A program made the position numbers and the translations under genes. Shown in pieces: positions 49,622-53,288 of a DNA stretch of 53,288 nt. The first letter of the stretch is position 1. Each line of letters begins with the position of its first letter. A model generated the notes under the pieces. The model was not told where the DNA came from and did not search any database. It saw only the letters and a list, made by a program, of their open reading frames with translations. The stretch is from an uncultured delta proteobacterium (GTDB lineage Bacteria > Desulfobacterota > Binatia > UBA9968): NCBI GenBank assembly GCA_963755715.1, contig CAVWLW010000035.1, forward strand, positions 1-53,288, in the 5' to 3' direction.

Positions 49622-50833
49622 TTAGTCTAGCCGCGCGCTGTCAGAGTCGAGCGTGAAAAGATCTTGTGCCTGCCCTACACCGCGCAGGGCGTAGCGACCG
49701 ACCGAGACAAGGAGTTTTCTGGATGCGCCGAGCGCGCCGGCGAACGCCGAAGAGACAAGCAGGGGTTGGTCCACGGAGCGGCACATGGCGGCAATGCGGC
49801 TGACTTCGTTGACCGCCGGACCGACGACGGTGAAGTCGAGCCGGTCCTCACTGCCGATATTGCCGTAGAATACCTCCCCGATGTGAAGACCGAGATACAT
49901 ATCGGTGACGGGCAGATTGCCGGCGGAACGCGAGAGGCTCATTTCAGCGACACTCCGGCGCGCAGCGACGGCGGCGGCGAGCGCCGACTCGCACGCGTGA
50001 GTCCGATCCTCTACCGTGAATATGGCGAGAACACCGTCGCCGATCAATTTCAGAACGTCGCCCCCTTGTTCATAAATCGCGGCAATGATCGCGCCGGCAT
50101 AATCGTTGAGCAGCGGAATAATCTCTCCGGGAGCGGCCGTGTCGCTGATCCGCGTGTAGCTGCGCAAGTCGCTAAACCACAATACCGCTTCGATCTGGTC
50201 GGTGACGCCCCGGGCAATGCGTCCTTGGAGCACGCGCCGGCCGGCATCGCGCCCGAGATAAGTCTCGACGAGGGTTTCGGCGATGCGCGCCAGCGACGCA
50301 GCTTTCAACGTGAGCGCGAGCAACGGCATGAGCCGGCAAAGATCGGTCACGTCGGCGTCGCGGAAACCGGCCGGAACATCCGTGGCCCAGGACGAATAGA
50401 CACAATCCATGTCGCCAACGACGCCTTCCGCGGCGAAGCGATTGGTGATGGCAACGTAATCCGTCAAACCGTCGGCGCGCAGTCCGGGAAAAACCGAAAA
50501 CTCTTTTTCCGTATCTGCGGTCAGCTTTCGTCTCAGCATCGGCTCGCCGGTCAGTTCGAGATAATGGTAGGGACTGTTTTCCCACCGTTGTATGTCTACG
50601 GTGTCGCGACCGAATTCGGTCACCGCGGTTTTTCTGGTCTTGCAGTTCCAAACGAAAGCGCGCCCTTCGTAGACGGGATGCAACGTATCGATCACCACGT
50701 TGGCACGAACCAGCGGCAGCCCGACTTTCAAAGCGCGCTCGCAAAACCCCTCGAGCGTCGCCATTTCGGAGAGCCCCGCGAGTCCCGCCTCGGCGATCCA
50801 CTCGCACAGCGCCGTGAATTGAGAGTTGTCCAT
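49622..50833 (-). CDS. Class III adenylate/guanylate cyclase with N-terminal GAF-like domain
   Basis: FSDLRSYT, VLKLIGDG, YGNIG..RLDFTVVGPAVNEVSR. Confidence 0.92.
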   Translation of the reverse strand: MDNSQFTALCEWIAEAGLAGLSEMATLEGFCERALKVGLPLVRANVVIDTLHPVYEGRAFVWNCKTRKTAVTEFGRDTVDIQRWENSPYHYLELTGEPMLRRKLTADTEKEFSVFPGLRADGLTDYVAITNRFAAEGVVGDMDCVYSSWATDVPAGFRDADVTDLCRLMPLLALTLKAASLARIAETLVETYLGRDAGRRVLQGRIARGVTDQIEAVLWFSDLRSYTRISDTAAPGEIIPLLNDYAGAIIAAIYEQGGDVLKLIGDGVLAIFTVEDRTHACESALAAAVAARRSVAEMSLSRSAGNLPVTDMYLGLHIGEVFYGNIGSEDRLDFTVVGPAVNEVSRIAAMCRSVDQPLLVSSAFAGALGASRKLLVSVGRYALRGVGQAQDLFTLDSDSARLD

Positions 50834-51055
50834 GCTGTTCGTTTTTATATCACGGGTCGGCCTTCCGATACACGGGACGATGATTTCGGTCAGTGCCTCA
50901 GGTGGAGGGGCAGCCGCTGGTCTATCCTTTGAATTTTCCGACACGAGATTTCGGTTGTGCGCGCGCACGGGCTTTGATATTCGGGGCTCGGGAACATGGC
51001 GCGATTGCGCGCGTGCGTCCAAGAGTTAACTGTACGATCCGGAGGTAAATGTCCT

Positions 51056-52129
51056 ATGCCGACCATTGATGCCGATGCTCATGTCGTCGAATCCGAGCGC
51101 ACCTGGGATTACATCGACAAGGCCGATCAAAAATATCGCCCGCTGATCGTCAAGCCGCGCGGCGAAGGCGGCGGCGAATACTGGTACATCAACGGCAAGA
51201 TCCGCGGCTTAGTGCGGATAGTTCTGACTGCCCAGGATGTCGTGGATGTGGCAAGGCGCACAGGCCGCGACATGAACACGCCGCAAGAAACCCGCGAGAT
51301 GGAAAACGTGCCGGCGCGGCTCAAGCACATGGACGAGCTCGGCATCGACGTGCAAGTGCTCTACCCGACCATGTTCATCGAGCAGATCGCCGACAAGCCC
51401 GAGTGGGAAATCCCGATCAGCAAAGGTTACAACCGCTGGCTCGCCGACATTCACGCGCAAGGCCAGGGGCGGCTGCGCTGGATCTGTGTCTTGCCGCTGC
51501 TCGACATGAGCGCGGCGCTCGAAGAGCTCAAATTCTGTGCGCAGCACGGCGCCTGCGGCGTCTTCATGCGCGGCATCGAAGGCCAGCGCATGATCACCGA
51601 CCCGTATTTTTATCCGCTCTATGAAGAAATGAGCCGCCTCAATCTCGCCGTCGGCGTGCACGTCGGCAACGCCAACCCGTACGTCATCGATCTCGTCTCG
51701 CAGTACAACGGCGGCGGCAGCTTCTGGAAGTTTCGCATCCCGGTCATCGGCGCGTTTCACTCCGTGGTCATGAGCGAGGTGCCGAAACTTTTTCCCAAGC
51801 TGCGCTTTCACTGGGCCGAAGCCGCCGCGCAATGGATTCCCTACGTCGTCAAAGATTTTCAGCGCCGCTGGGGCGCTATCGGCAGAACTTTGCCGGATAA
51901 CCTGCTCAAAGAATATCGCCAGTTCGTCTCCTGCCAGACCGACGACGACGTCGATTACGTGCTCAAATATTCCGGCGAAGAAAACCTCGTCATCGGCACC
52001 GACTACGGCCACAACGATCAATCGACGGAGATCGAAGCGCTGCGCAACTTGAAGAGCCAGGGCAGCATCACGCCGCGGCAGTATGAGAAGATTACTTATG
52101 ATAATCCGAAGGAGTTGTTTGGGTTGTGA
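51056..52129 (+). CDS. Amidohydrolase_2 family protein
   Basis: IDADAHV, RLKHMDELGIDVQVLYPT, GTDYGH; GGAGG RBS. Confidence 0.92.
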   Translation: MPTIDADAHVVESERTWDYIDKADQKYRPLIVKPRGEGGGEYWYINGKIRGLVRIVLTAQDVVDVARRTGRDMNTPQETREMENVPARLKHMDELGIDVQVLYPTMFIEQIADKPEWEIPISKGYNRWLADIHAQGQGRLRWICVLPLLDMSAALEELKFCAQHGACGVFMRGIEGQRMITDPYFYPLYEEMSRLNLAVGVHVGNANPYVIDLVSQYNGGGSFWKFRIPVIGAFHSVVMSEVPKLFPKLRFHWAEAAAQWIPYVVKDFQRRWGAIGRTLPDNLLKEYRQFVSCQTDDDVDYVLKYSGEENLVIGTDYGHNDQSTEIEALRNLKSQGSITPRQYEKITYDNPKELFGL

Positions 52130-52210
52130 GAGACTATCCCCGGGTACATTGATGGTGCTGATCAGCGGTTAGGCGTCATGCCAATGGCGAATTCTGCGCT
52201 AGAAGGATAG

Positions 52211-52736
<526 letters not shown>

Positions 52737-52753
52737 CTTGGGTCGAGAAGGTT

Positions 52754-52927
52754 GACGACTACGTCATCAAATATTCTAAAAAACCTCGTCATCGGCACCG
52801 ACTACGGCCACAACGATCAATCGACCGAGATCGAAGCCTGCGGAATTTGAAAAGCCAGGGCAGCATCGCGCCGCGGCAGTATGAAAAGATTATCTACGAT
52901 AATCCGAAGGAGCTGTTTGGGTTGTGA
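52754..52927 (+). pseudogene. Diverged duplicate of the last ~175 bp of the upstream amidohydrolase gene
   Basis: Direct repeat of about 51950-52129, ending at the same GGGTTGTGA stop. Confidence 0.9.
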
Positions 52928-53002
52928 ACATTGCTTAGGGAAGCAACCCGAATTTCAGGCGTCGAAATCTATTAACGTTGTGCTCAGCTAACAAATACGG
53001 TC

Positions 53003-53288
53003 ATGCCAGAAGGCCGGAAGATCGTGCGGCTCCGAAGATTAATTCGCAGAGCGGCTGGGCTCTTCACCACTTTGCTTTTCTTTACCTCCTTTCTTGTGCC
53101 GCAACTTGAAGCCGCGGAGACATCTTCTCGTCAAAGCCAATGGGAAGCGACTTTGGAGGCGGCCAAAAAAGAGGGCAAGGTCAATGTCTACATGTACCGA
53201 TACGGCAAGGTTCTCGACATCTTCAGGAGCGATTATCCGGAAATCCAGCCGTTTCTGTTAACCGGCAGCGGCGCACAGATCATCACTA
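53003..53288 (+). CDS. Extracellular solute-binding protein (partial, runs off the window)
   Basis: Signal peptide, then QWEATLEAAKKEGKVNVY. Confidence 0.8.
   Translation, partial: MPEGRKIVRLRRLIRRAAGLFTTLLFFTSFLVPQLEAAETSSRQSQWEATLEAAKKEGKVNVYMYRYGKVLDIFRSDYPEIQPFLLTGSGAQIIT

Noticed and set aside
49664-52021. 422-aa plus-strand and 270-aa minus-strand ORFs
   Set aside because: Antisense to the adenylate cyclase and amidohydrolase genes.

Overview
Bacterial chromosomal window, fairly GC-rich. The many NMT1/THI5-type solute-binding proteins, Amidohydro_2 enzymes, Rieske/cupin oxygenases and short palindromic intergenic repeats suggest a Binatota/Deltaproteobacteria-like genome (inference, not verified). 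It alternates between core-like blocks (rnr, DUF4911, AsmA, paaF-G-H-H'-J plus TetR, ahpC, VIT1, nfo, DUF885, USP, HpcH aldolase/LigJ-like hydratase, adenylate cyclase) and patchwork accessory regions (1-7.7 kb, 15.6-30.7 kb, 52.1-52.9 kb). The accessory DNA carries integron attC sites and remnants without an integrase, an IS110 remnant, a tRNA-Ala(GGC) att-like fragment, a BrnT/BrnA cassette inside a duplicated gene 3' end, and an aromatic-catabolism cluster with a NicX/M29-fold protein. The most unusual signal is a dispersed ~66-bp bipartite element made of two inverted 23-bp sites (ATTGAAyTGA-N7-TTCAAw). It sits at gene-block junctions, often next to attC remnants, and may be the site of an undescribed recombination or mobilisation system. 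Many genes carry single-base frameshifts, most likely long-read consensus errors. No CRISPR array, rRNA or intact tRNA was seen.
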